Assembly: GCF_035594765.1 (NCBI RefSeq)
Contig: NC_085843.1
Location: 53,304,201 to 53,368,200, forward strand
DNA from: Anolis carolinensis
Taxonomy: Eukaryota
Length of the DNA: 64,000 nt
Direction: 5' to 3'
The stretch's first letter is position 1; each line of letters starts with the position of its first letter. Of this stretch, positions 38,517-51,000 are shown piece by piece. Below the pieces are notes generated by a model. That model was not told where the DNA came from, did no database searches, and saw only the letters and a list, made by a program, of their open reading frames with translations. The translations under genes and the position numbers were made by a program.

Positions 38517-39798
38517 CAGGGTCAGTTTTCAGGAGACCTGTAGAGCACCTTACAGGAAAGGGACCCTGTCAATCCACCCCCTCCTCCCATCCCCCCCATT
38601 TCCCCCCCAAAAAACTTACTAGGGGCCTGCTGGCAGTACAGGCCCCTCCATAGAATATTCCTGATGCTTGAAAAATATGTCAGTAGGGGGGGGGGGGAGG
38701 GATTTAGGTACACAAATCATTAATATCACTAACCATCATACATTTTTATTCATACTGATAATGGCATTGTTAGTGCAAGATTATTTTAAATGGAGAAGTA
38801 TTAACTGAACCTTGCTTCCTTTCATCTTGCCCTTTTGTTCCTCACATGCTTTCTTTCCCTTGTCCACTTGTACTCCATGGGGTACAACCATTGGTTTTCA
38901 TTTCTCCACAGCTCCCATCCCTCTCTTACTTTCATTCCATCACTTTCCATTCTTTTTGTAAGCTTGCTAGCAAACTCACTCATATAACTTTTAGTCTTCT
39001 CACCTCTCATGTGGAGACTACCTCGCATAGTCATCATCCCCATCCCCCTATAAAATACTTCCTGATTTTACTGAATATAAACTGGTTTGTGTCAATGTTG
39101 CATTCCTAGAAAAGAACAGATATATATTATATATAAAAAGAACAAAGGAAAAAATGTAGTGCTCAGAGGTTACCGCTCTGAAGTACGAGTAAACATACAA
39201 GTCTTGCCTATTGTGGGAAGATCTTCTCATGCTTGCCTGGGTTTTTGAGTCATCGACAATGTAAGAAACAACTGCATCTAGTCTGTTCCTGTTCATTCAG
39301 CTGTGCTATGACTGATAATGCCTGAGAAAATGGTTTTCATATATTTGTTGCTCATTTATTATAGGTTATAGCAAGGAGTTCAAAGCCTATAATATGAGTA
39401 ATCCTGGAAACAGATCTGGAAAAATATGCTGCATGGTCTTTCCCCCTCAATCTTCTTTCTTGGTTGTTTTTTAGCAACAGAATCTTGAAACCTAGCTTGA
39501 CAAGAGATGGGTAAAGCCTTTGTGATATATTTAGACAGCTTGAAATAATAATGAGGCTTCAAAATGTGACATTTTGCTCTACATCAGTTTGATACTAATT
39601 TAGCTTTGTTCAATAACTTTGCTTTTAAAAAGAAGACTAAGAAAAATAAGAAAACCGAATGGTCCAAATCCCCTGGGGTGGAACAGCATTAAGCCTGAAC
39701 AAATGTGTGGTTTTCAGATTAAGTATGTGCATACCTATTATTTTCAGGCCTAAATTATATTCACTTTGATATATTTTAGTTTGGAGAAAGGGAGTAGG

Positions 39799-40419
39799 TG
39801 TGATGATTGCAGAACCTTGGTAACAATTAAATTCGCTCCCAAGGAGATCTTGGAAATTTATGTAATGCTAGATTACTACTATACAGCAAAGTTATGAATG
39901 AAGAAAACATGGTCAACTTCTCAGTTTCAATCCCCACAACCCCACCCTTCAGCTCCCTAAGGTTCTCCTATCAAGCTTTCAGGCTTTCCAGTCTGAGCTG
40001 GTTTGTGTTATTAAGCTCTTTCCCAGTCAGGGCATCCAGATGGTTTCATTCCTTGACTTTGGCTTTGAAACTCATGGCATGGAGGTGTTCTGGTGTCTTT
40101 TGGCATTTCAATGAGAGACGTCCCCTTTTCCTTGTTACCCCCCCCCCCCGGTGGAGTAAATGGTTGCCCCTTTAGAGGAGGCCTTGAACCCTGATGGTTC
40201 GTCCAGCTTCACACCCATCTCTAATCTTAGGGTTGCCCTGGCTAAAAAGTAGAAAGCCACACGTAGACTTGGATATGGAGGTATTCCGATTTCTGGGTGG
40301 AGTTTACAAACCACCACCTGAGAAACCGGACAGAGCTTTGGTAGCATTTAAATTCACATAGAGAGACTCCGTAATTTGTAAGTGAATTTAATTGCTACCA
40401 AGGCTCTGAAATCATCACA
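39799..40419. mobile_element. LTR-like or TIR element with 39-bp terminal inverted repeats
   Basis: TGTGATGATT.CAGA.CCTTGGTA.CAATTAAATTC.CT at the left and its reverse complement at the right; imperfect 5-bp flanks GTAGG/ATAAG. Confidence 0.65.
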
Positions 40420-41304
40420 ATAAGCTAGTTTCTCACGTCTGCATTCTTGGACAAACTTTTTGTCAAGGGGGAGAAGGAAAGAAACTATAGCTATCTAGTA
40501 GAAACCATTAGACTTCTCCCCAGCTATTTCTGAACAGATAATCAATTATTGACCTATAAATGAATGTGGAGCTTATATTCTCTCACAATAATACTCAGAC
40601 CCTTAAAAATGACTGATCTAAGTAGGAACACAAGTGCAATGCAACAGAGATATCTTATCTTTCTCTTGAGCTAACCAGCCATAATACAGTATCTGTATCT
40701 GTATCTTTGCAATGATTTGTGATTTGTGAGAGAGATTTGTGATCACTGCAGTTTTCATTTCTCACAATAACATCAGTAGAGACTCTTTCTTGCTTATGGT
40801 ATACTATTTGTGGGAATATAATTTAGAATATTCTGTGTTTGCCCATGTACTGAGTTGATTCACCTAAGGTTTGTCCTGAAACAACCTTCCACTTTCAGCC
40901 CCAAGCCTTTTTAAAGCAAAACACCAGCAATCATATTGAATTGTGCAGTAGCTTTATGATGTGAACAAGCGTCCCCCAGGGATCAGGGTTAGATAGCCTA
41001 ATGCATTTTGCTTTCCTTGTCACCATAAGCAAGATTTGCACACAGCCTGAGTGCTTCCATATTAGCCTACTACACAGAGGAGACACATCTAGATTCTGAA
41101 ATATTAAATATGTACTTTCATTCCTCCAGTCCATTTCCTTGCTTTTTTGATTCCTCCCCCTCCCCTCCTTGTTCATCTTGACTTCTAGAGAAAAACTGGT
41201 CAATTGGGTGGTGGAGGTTGCAGATACTCCTTTGAAAGTGGGCTGTGTTCTAACTTCTTTAAAAGAAACAATAAGACCACCACAGAGGAGAGATGTAATA
41301 GGCC

Positions 41305-41606
41305 ACATCTCTGTCTTCTGAGTATTTATCTTCATTTACTGTCCTGATGTTAGAGGGTGTTTTTTTTAATACTGGTAGACAGATTTTGTTCATTTTCATG
41401 GTTTCCTCCTTTCTGTTAAAATTGCCCACATGCTTGCAGATTTCAATGGCTTCTCTGTGTAGTCTGACATGGTGGTCTAGCATTTCTGTGTTCTCAAATA
41501 ATATGCTGCACTGGCTAACTTCTCTGGTTGAGTTAGTCTGCAGTGCCTTTCATGTTCCTTGATTTTGTGTTTGGGCACTGCATTTGGTGGTCCCTATGTA
41601 GACTTG
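41305..41606 (-). mobile_element. Penelope-like element, GIY-YIG endonuclease C-terminal fragment
   Basis: Translates (with shifts) QVYIGTTK..IKEHERHCRLTQPEK...ILFENTEMLDHHVRLHREAIEI.KH..NFNRKEETMKMNKI. Confidence 0.88.
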
Positions 41607-43128
41607 AAATCGAGCTAGAATTTGGGGGTCCCCCTAGGAAAAGAGGGGGACCTGAGACCTCCCTGTGGGTCAGACACTCCTGGTGAGAAGGAGAGAGCTG
41701 CTGCGAATCAGAGCTTCCCCAATCCCAAATAATTCTCACCAAAAGCCGAAGAAGGAGCACCGAGATGTTTATTCGATCCAGCTGGATAGGATGTCAAACT
41801 GCAATCATTCGTCAAGCAAGACATGATCATACAACAGAAGATAGTACCCTTTATAGTGAAAAGAGAGGGCAGAGAGGTTTGAATTTCCCACCCCGCCTCC
41901 CTCCGCCTGCTCTGCGTTGATTGGTTATTGAAGTGAAGGCGCGAATGTCCTGTCCAATGAGTGAGCTATCCCCACTTCAGCTCCTCAGCCAATCAGGAGC
42001 AAGGGGGCATTCTGAGCCTTTGACAAAGGGTGACTGAGTGAATTTGTGATTGAATCAATGGTTCTAATATGTACATGATGGCACCGATAGCTTTAAAAAG
42101 CTCTCAAGGTGTGCAAAGATTATTTCCTGGGGTGAAAATATACATATTTGTCTGGCGTGTCTTGCCAGATTCTGGTTGTCATATAGCTGGAGGCTGATCA
42201 GGTGGGTGAGTGCTTTGTCAATGTGTTCAGCCGGGTAAATAGACAAAATGAATAATCAGGCAGGGCGATCTTGGCTTTCCGAAGGCTAAAACTGCCCCAG
42301 ATATTAATGTGACAAGTAACCAAGTGATCAAATCCTCTCTTTTGAGTGGCCTGCTCCGAGGCTGAAAAGGGGCGACTGATGTCTATTGTCCATGCAAGGG
42401 ATTTGGTGATGTCCTTTTGTGAGAGGATTTCGCTCTCTGGAATGCAGATGACTCTCTGCCAACCAGGTCAAACAGAGGTGGCTCACAATATTTTCATACA
42501 TTGGGGAACATAAAGGAAAAGGTGACATATGGGGGTACAGAGAATACATTCATAAAGTCAAAAATCATATTGCCCACTCCCACCCACCCAAAGGTCCAGG
42601 ATAAATCCATAAAGTTCATAGAAAAGTTCAGAATCCAAGGGGAGAGGATAAGGGGTTTCATTGAATGTTCATGGCATGGTCAAGCCAGTCAGAGTTCAGT
42701 GCAAGGAGGGGCCGACTGGAGATTGGGGTCTCTTCCTGAGACACAAGGAGACCCCATGGTGACCCTCTCCGTGTTCAGCATGCCGTCTGAACCCATGAAT
42801 CCATGAAATGGCAGCGGGGCGGGCGATGCACTGGCAGAGAGGCTTGAATTGACAATCAGCTATTGTCTCTTTAAATCTAGTTGCTGCGGTACTAAAGATG
42901 GTTTTCCCGGAGTGGAGAGATTCCGAATGTAAAAGCAAGATAGCAGTTATGCTTAGGGTTAGTTCAGAATGAAGCGGTGTGAATTTGAGACCAATCCATT
43001 AATGCGTGGTTACGGAAATCCAGGGATCTCCGTAACCGCAGTTTAAGGGAAGGCATTCCAGCAGGTTGCCCGTGGCTTGAGAAAGGAAAAGAAGCATGGC
43101 GAAAGGTTAATCATTAACCGCTCGGAGC
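41605..43128 (-). mobile_element. ERV-like LTR plus upstream U3/internal sequence, 5'-truncated
   Basis: On the minus strand, in order: CCAAT (41920-41924), GC box (41891-41900), TATAAA (41850-41855), AATAAA (41768-41773), terminal CA at 41605. CpG-rich. No TSD found. Confidence 0.6.
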
Positions 43129-43129
43129 C

Positions 43130-43265
43130 TATGTTTGTCTTGTCTTTGTTCTATGTTAAAAGGCATTGAATGTTTGCCTATATGTGTAATGTGATCCGCC
43201 CTGAGTCCCCTTCGGGGTGAGAAGGGCGGAATATAAATGCTGTAAATAAAATAAAATAAAATAAA
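43130..43265 (+). mobile_element. L2 3' tail
   Basis: gatccgccctgagtccccttcggggtgagaagggcggaatataaat plus (aaata)n. Confidence 0.88.
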
Positions 43266-43550
43266 TTAGACAGAAAGGATAGGTTCCCATGCCAGAGTCA
43301 AAGAAGGATACAAAATGACCACTATGAGAAGGGAAGGTTAAAATGAAATGATACTTTTATTTGGGATTAGTTACATTGTTAGGGATAGGGACGGAGGCAA
43401 AAAGGAAACATGTTATAAGCTGCTGTTGGAATACACATTTCATTTATTGATTGATTCAACAGGGCTTCTTTCCGGATCTGTGGAACTCCCTGCTGCAGGT
43501 CAGATTAGGTTGAATGCAGGAAGCCTATTCTGTTTGACCTCAGATTTGTC

Positions 43551-43950
43551 CACAACCTGGACACAGCATATTATTTGAGAACACTCAGAAGACAGGGGAA
43601 TTCCAGATAAGAAACAATCAGAACCAGTTAACACCTCACAACAAAGGATTCCCCCTGGCAGGAAGCAGCCAGGCTTTGAAGCTGCCAGGCTATTCAATGC
43701 TAATCAAGTTGGCCAATTGCAACATTCATTGTCTGCCTCAGGCAGGCAAGAGTTCTTTCTCCCACCCTGAGCATTCCACAGATATATCAACCCCACTTGC
43801 CTAGTTTCCAACAGACATCACAACCTCTGAGTATGCTGCCATAGATGTGGGCCAAATGTCAGGAGATAATACTTCTGGAACATGGCCATACAGCCAGGAA
43901 AACTCACAGCAACCCAGTGATTCCAGCCATGAAAGCTTTCGTCAACACAT
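43551..43950 (+). mobile_element. Penelope pseudo-LTR with a mutated hammerhead (43824-43863)
   Basis: QPGHSILFENT remnant, then the pLTR; cct-CTGAGTA...CAAA-tgtc-agg. Confidence 0.85.
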
Positions 43951-44796
43951 TAATGGAATTTGCTGTAATTTGAAAGCTCTGATAGAGTGAGTCGTCAGAA
44001 AGTGGGGTATCAAAAGTTGGAGGATGTCTGTAAAAAGAAGTCACATTTCCTCAATACTTTGCACCAAGTTTTTGTGGAAGCACTAGTAGTCAAAACATTT
44101 TCACAGTGTTCTACTAGCTATTTATTTAGTGAATACAAAAATGACCTAGCTTCAAAAATATATTTCTTTTAATTAACCTTAACGTGTGCTTCTTTCATGC
44201 TATCTATTTTTCAGCATTGTGCCACCTAAAAACTGGATAACAGGAAATTATGTTGGAGATACAAAAAAAAACAGCAATATTGTAATTGTGGTACATTTTA
44301 ACAACAATGAAAAACTGATGGAGGATGTCCAAGGCAGTCCTCTCCAGAAAGTTTTGTATCCCAGTGGCCTGTGTGAGCAGATGCGATCATCACATGAACA
44401 GGGTTATTCCTTTAGGATTTTTTTTTTAAAAAAATCACACATCAACTACCAGTAGTGAGCTGCATAACATGAAAAATCAGTTGTCACAAATTATTAATAA
44501 TAACAGAACTTAATTGTAAAAATATTTCTATGTATATAAATGTAAGCACTTACACTTACTCAAACAACAATGCTCAGCTGTGTAGTAAGAAAGAAGCTGA
44601 AGATCTTAATATATAGCTATTTGGCATTTTAATATTTTGTTGAGTAGCTAAGCTTATACATTTTTAAGTATAAAATTTAATATCAATTAATGCATAAAAT
44701 ATGGACACAGAGGTTAAAATATTAAATACATGTATACTCGGAGTCCTAAAGGGCAATGGATCTACCTTATGTTATTACTACATAAAATAACTCATA

Positions 44797-45396
44797 TCCG
44801 AAGTGTCCAAAAATAAGTTTCCCTATTTTGTCCCTCTGAGTAGGGACAAGCTTGCTGTGCGGGAACTTTCATACAGATTTAAGGGCTGCCCTGAATTTTA
44901 CACAAGGCAGGTCCATTAGTTGTGGGTTAGTTGCTTGTGAGTTTCAGGCCGGTTAACATGGAGCTGCCCCTTCTGTGTCAGGGCAAAGAGCAAAGGTATT
45001 AAGGGCAAAGTGTTATTTGCTTTTTGACAATGCAAGGCCCCACTCTCCATGTCAGACACAGGAAATTCAGATGGGAAATCTTTGGGCATCCTCCGTACAC
45101 TCCCGACCTAGCCCCTAATGACTTCCACCTCAAAACTCACCTAGGGGAGCTGCAGTTTCATACGGACTATGAAGTCAAGGCAACAGTGGACACCTGGATA
45201 AGAAGTATGGGGGCAGAGTGGTTGTACAAGGCATACAAAAAATGTTAGCATGTTATCAGAATTGCCTGGAGAAATTTGGAGACTATGTGGAGAAAATAAG
45301 AAACATTGTAGAATGTAAATAAATTTTGTTTGTAATTTTTCTACTGTTGTTCAATTTATCCTAGCATAAAGAAATTTACTTTTTGGACACCTCTCC
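44797..45396 (+). mobile_element. Internally deleted mariner transposon
   Basis: TIR gtgtccaaaaa.taagtttc / gaaatttactttttggacac. Transposase motifs DNARPH and WEIFGHPPYTPDLAPNDFHL. Confidence 0.88.
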
Positions 45397-46505
45397 TTCC
45401 ACAGTTTTTCATTACTTATGCATTTGCAAAGTAGTCTGGCTACTACTTCAAGAACTTTCTTCAGAGCAGTATGCTCTTCATTACATTGATAATCCTTTGT
45501 TAGCTTTTTCTTTTAATTGCACATATATTCTATAAAAGCTTGTTGATGGCTATTCTCACCTAGAACATTTTATCATTCTTTTGCATAATGTTTAAAATTC
45601 ATTAAGTTTGGAAGTGTGTGTATCTGAAATGTCACATGTTTCATAGCAGCCTGTTTCATATGTAATCTTATGCTTGCAGGTGATATGCAAATAGAGCACT
45701 AATCTTAAAGAAATACTCAATTTCCACAATATCAATTTAAAGTTACGCATTATTTGGCTAACATAGCTCCTGTGTCTGATGTATATTTATATCACTGGTT
45801 TAATTTATTGCTTTCTGAAATTAAGCTTAAAGATTTAGGAAGTAAACAAATAATCTTGAAATACAACTAGTTTGAAAAAGCACCACAGCAAGAGTGCCAA
45901 CCCCACACGCCTCAAAGCTAGACATTAGATGCATTGGCACATTTGGGTGTACCTTATGGATGCCCCCCCCTTTGAACACCATATACATGCAAAAGCACAA
46001 AGTCATATCACAGTCTATGTTTGCAATTTTCAGTCTGCTAAGTTTCAAATCAAGAGATTTGCAGTGACAATGCTTCTTCAGCATACATGGTGAAGTATTT
46101 TAAAAAATATTCATGGGAACCAAATGTTCTGAATGAGCTCATTATTTTATCACATCATCAGTGAAACTTTTTATCATATTACTTCTAACTGATCTTTTCT
46201 TTTTTCCAGAATATCCCTTAAAATGTTAAAGCATAGTAGTGCCTCAATCAGAAAAAAAGGGAGCAAAATGCCTTTGACCACCACTGTTGCTAGAGTTGAA
46301 ACTCCCTCATGCTAGACATTGCTACCTATTTTCAGTTCTCCTTTTTACCTATCACTCTGACTTATGAAACAAATTTTACATTCACTTGAGCTTTATACAG
46401 GCTTTGCTTTTATGTAGTATCTATTTTAATGCTGGAGCCAGTCTGAGTTCTGTTTTTAAGAGTAAAGCAAAGTAAAGATAATAGCAGTAACTACTACCTA
46501 TACTA

Positions 46506-49353
46506 TAACTTGAGTATCCTTTGTTTGAAATGCTCGGGAAGTTCTGGATTTTGGAATACTTCTATATATGTACATAATGAGATATCTTATTGATGGGCCC
46601 CAAGTCTAAACATAAAATGCATCTATATTTCATATAACCCTTATATACCTAGCTTGAATGTGATTTTGTACAATATTTTTGTGTGAAACAAAGTCTGTAT
46701 ATCCCAAGGTGATCACTTGTGGCTGAATATGATGATTATCTTCTAAGGGTAGAATCTTGGCATTGGATTCGTAAGTAACTGTAGAGACCTATTGTGTACC
46801 AGCTGATCTTTCACAATGAAGACATAGATTTCCAGGTGCGAGGCTGTCCTCACAAGGGTTTGCTTGCCTTCCTCTTGGCACATTTCTCCTTTTCACCCTC
46901 TGTTCATGCCTCTTCAAAATCCATAGCACTGTTGGTAACAGCTGACCTCCAGTTGGAATGCTTGCATGCCAGGGTTTCCCAGTTTTCTGTGTTTATTCCA
47001 CATTTGGGGTGGGGGTGGGGGGGGTTAGCTTTAAGCCTCTTATACTGTCCACTTTCCATTCTCGAGTTGAAAGTAAAGTAACTGTTTGGGAGACAGTGAT
47101 CCGGTATTTGGACATTGTGGTCAGTCCAGTGAAGTTGAAGGGAGAGAATCATAGCTTCAGTGCTGCTGGCCTTTGTGTCTTCCCAAACCCCGAAGTTTGT
47201 CCTCCTGTCCAGGATTTTTCAGAGGCAACACTGATGGAATCTTTCCAGAAGAGAGTGACGTTTGTAAACAGTCCATGTTTTGCAGGTGTACAACAGAGTT
47301 GGAAGGACAATGGCCTTATCAGCTAGCATCTAGGTATTCCTACAGATGTCAAACACTCTCTGCTTCATTCGAAAAAATGCTGCACTCGCAGAGTTCAAAT
47401 GATGTTGTATTTCAGCATTGATGTCAACTTTTATAGAGATGGGGCTGCCTAGGTAATGGAAATGATCAACATTATTTAGCATTACACCATTAAGCTTTAT
47501 TTCTGGCATTGCACAGGGATTGGTTGGTGCCTGCTGGTAGAGCAGGTCTTCACCTTTTCATATGCTTCTGCAAAGGTGTTTAAAGTGACTTGTAGATCTT
47601 TCTCTAAATGAGCACAGGCTGCATTTTAATCAGAGTTCTATAACCAAAGTTGTTGGGACCTTACTTTTGTCTTTCAGCCTGCTGAGGTTAAACAGTAGCC
47701 AACAGGTCATTTCCACACTAGTGGGGAGATTCCCATCAACAAGATGTAGAATCATAGTTATGAACATAGAAAACAATGCATCCCTGTTTGGCACCTGATC
47801 CCATCTTAAATGGGTCACTTTGGGAGCCATTGCTGTCTAAGACTGTTGCCACTAGGTCATCATGGAGGAGCTGCAGGATGTTCACAAATTTATCAAATTT
47901 TCAAGAGGATACTCCTGAGAGCTTCATAGTGTCAAAGACCTTTGCAAGATCAATGAATGCCATGTACAAAGATTGGTTTTGTTTCCTGCATTTTTGGAGG
48001 AGCTGTGCTGTGAAAATTATATCCCCTGTTTTTCTGGAGCAGCAAAAACCATTATGGGACTCAGAGAGAATGTCTTTTGAAATAGATAGAAGGCGGTTTG
48101 CAAGGATTCTTGTGAGGATTTTCCTGGCAGAGGTTAAAAGGGAGATACCTCAATAGTTTCCACAGTTTGTTATTTCTCCACTTTTTAAAAGGGTGATGAT
48201 AATGGCATCCTTGAAGTCGGCTGAGATCTTCTCAATCATCCATACTTTTTCAATGAGCTTGTGGATTGGCATGTCAGCTCAGGCCTGTTTGTTTGTTTTT
48301 TTTAAGCTTTCTGCAGTGATCCCATCAGGTCTGCCGGCTTTGTTATTTTTTTAGTTGGTTGATGGCTTTGCTGGCTTCCTCTAAACCAGACAGTGCTGCA
48401 AGTTCATCACTGGTTTGTTGTTGAAAAATTTGCAAAATAATCTCTTCAGCCATATTGGACTGCAGTCAAGAAGGTTGTAGTAGTGCTCTTTGCAATGTAG
48501 TGCCATGGATTTTTTTTGTCCTTTAGAAATTTGATTCCATATGATGAATGTAGAGGGTGTATGTCATGATTTGTTGGACCATAAATGACCTTTGTTGTTT
48601 TAAAAAAATACTCGTGTGTCATGGACATCTGCAAAGTGGTGGCTTTCTTGAGTCTTTTTTGGCCCCCAAATGTTCTTGAGTTCTCTGGTTCCTCTTTGGA
48701 CCTCAGCTTTTTCACTTGCATAGATCTTTTTCTTAGCAGCACAGCTGATGTATCTTTGCCATATTTGGGAGGTTTTCCTTTTCTTATTAATTAAATGTTG
48801 GATCTTGTTATCATTCTCATCAAACTAGTTAAGGTGTTTCTTAGTTTGGTGTCCAATAGTTTGTTCACAGGCTGTCATGATAAGATCTTCAGTTCATTCC
48901 AATGTTCCTCTACATTTTAAGGGGGTTCCAGGGGTAGATTATTCTTAAGCCTTGTTTGGAGAAAGGTTTGTTTAGAGGGCCCTTCAAGGGTGTTAATTTT
49001 GTGCCTTATCTTTCTTCCTTGTAATCTATATTTGGGAGTGATCTTGATTGCCATCATGGATCAAATTAGTCAGTGGTCTGTCCAGCAGTCATCAGCGCTT
49101 GTCATGGGTTTTGTGAGAAATACATCACAGCAGCTGCTGACACACATAAATATATAGTCTAAGAGGTGCCAATTCTTTAACCAGGGGTGCTTTCATAATG
49201 TCTTAAACTTTTTTTTTGGCAGAAGAAAAATATGTTTGCATGTATTGATGCATCAGAAGGGAATGGCATCACTGTCTCAGCCACTCATAAGGACAATGTT
49301 GGATTTTGAAATATTTTAGAATGTGGAATTTCAGATAAAGGATGTTCTACCTG
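46506..49353. mobile_element. Tigger4b/MER46C-like MITE, split (46506-46700 and 49240-49353) by an RTE LINE
   Basis: ttgagtatcc..., ataatgagatatctt..gatggg.cccaagtctaaaca, and after the RTE catcagaa.g..a.gg..tcact.tctcagccac...ggatgttctacctg. Confidence 0.65.
46702..49235 (-). mobile_element. Decayed RTE-clade LINE (endonuclease C-terminus, RT, 3' end)
   Basis: Minus-strand remnants WHLLDYI, ADDCWTDH, GNYxGISLL, GAKQGCI, CGINTENWETLA..WRSAV; many stops. Confidence 0.85.
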
Positions 49354-50669
49354 CATAGTATTAAAGGTTTTGGCCATATCACTAGTTTTGAAGATGGATT
49401 ATAATGGCAACAGTAAGAGTAATAGTTGTATGCCTGTGTTGTCTTTTTGTAAAATCAGGTTATAAGAATGAAATTCAGCTTATTATTTAAATAAGTAACA
49501 CAACTGATCATTGGAGTGCATGTTTTGTGGCTGATGCTAAAATCTTAATAGCCAGAAAAGCAGCTGATATGAATTTAGATGCTATCTCACCATTGTGACC
49601 ATCTATGGTAAACAAATTTAAAATGTTAATGTTACTCATGTGGCATACTGCTATCTAATAACCCTAATCAGAAGCCATCACATATGGGGTGAAATGATTG
49701 ATTTGGCCTGTTCTATCTTAGACTTGTTTTTGCCCCATTTATCCTGCTTTGCAAGAACTGCATTACCATGAGTGGCTTAGGTTTTTCTTCATGAAAGATT
49801 CTCTCAAAACTCTTAATGAGTACTCAGTGTCGAATGACTGATTGAGTGTTTTTCAAGAAAGAGTTACTCAGTGGGAATAGGGTTAAAGGGGGTTAGGGCT
49901 CCGGTGAAATGCTTGTGCTTTTCTGACCTTCTGTGAATAATTAACATGAACTATGGTCTATGAATATTTATTTTGCAGTTAATTAAACAGGTGAATAGTC
50001 CTTGTCATGTAATATTCTTATTGATGTTTACAAATCTCAGACACTTCTACTAGACATTTTCCCTGTTTTAAACAGAATCACAGTATTGAACTATTAAAAG
50101 TCCTTAACTTTATTTTACTTCTCTAAAAAAAAAAATCAGTTACTGCAGACATTTAAAAACGGACAACAGATAACAAAATTCAGGAGATAACATTATGGCT
50201 CTGCATAAATTCATGATGCAAGTACACCGGAAATTCTATGAACCATTTTGGATTCTCTGGCACAAAAATTATATCATACAAGAAAGGACCTATTTTAAAG
50301 GGAAAAAATGAGCATGTTAAGGGATATTGAACTCAGATTGTATAAGGAAACAGATATTAAATATTACTTTCAACTTTTGATTCTAATTATATTACATAGT
50401 GAATTTTGTTAAAACTGTTGCTTTTTAATAGCAGAAAATGAAAGCAGTCCTTTAATAAAGGGAATATGATAGTGTCTCAAACTCAGAAACAACTGTACTG
50501 TTTCAAATACATGTCATTTATACATTTTACTCATAGCCCCTTTCCATATTGTCTCTTCACCAATGTATGAATTTTGTCTAAATCATGTTCAAATATTTAA
50601 TTACATATATCACACACACACAAAACAAATAGTATTTATATGCATAATTTGATATACCACAAACAGCAT

Positions 50670-51000
50670 TAGGAAGCAGTGGCGTGTGTGCTCTCCAGCC
50701 GCTGCAACCAGTGGGAGCAATCTCCTGAAGACTGCGCACGCTGCTGCTTCCGACAGGAGGCTTCCTCCCGCCGGAATCGGCGGCATGCGCAGTCTCGAGG
50801 AGGTTGCTCCTGCCAGGGGCAGGACCTGTGGAGCCCCCAGATGCCGCAGCTGTTGCCTGGATCCATGGCAGGGATGCTGGAGAGGCCGCCAGGCCGCGGG
50901 AAGGGCTCCACGCAGCCCCTCGGGGAGTTGCGGGAAGGACAAGGCCCCGCTCCTTGGTGCTAAAGGCCCAGTGCTGGGTGGAGCGCTGGGTGGAAGGTCC
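50670..51000. other. GC/CpG-rich segment containing a 97-nt palindrome (50714-50810)
   Basis: Sharp GC and CpG rise against the AT-rich background; 47-bp arms with a 3-nt loop. Confidence 0.8.

Noticed and set aside
42696-42938. Possible env fragment upstream of the LTR
   Set aside because: No furin site, CX6CC, immunosuppressive or transmembrane motif visible in the ORF.
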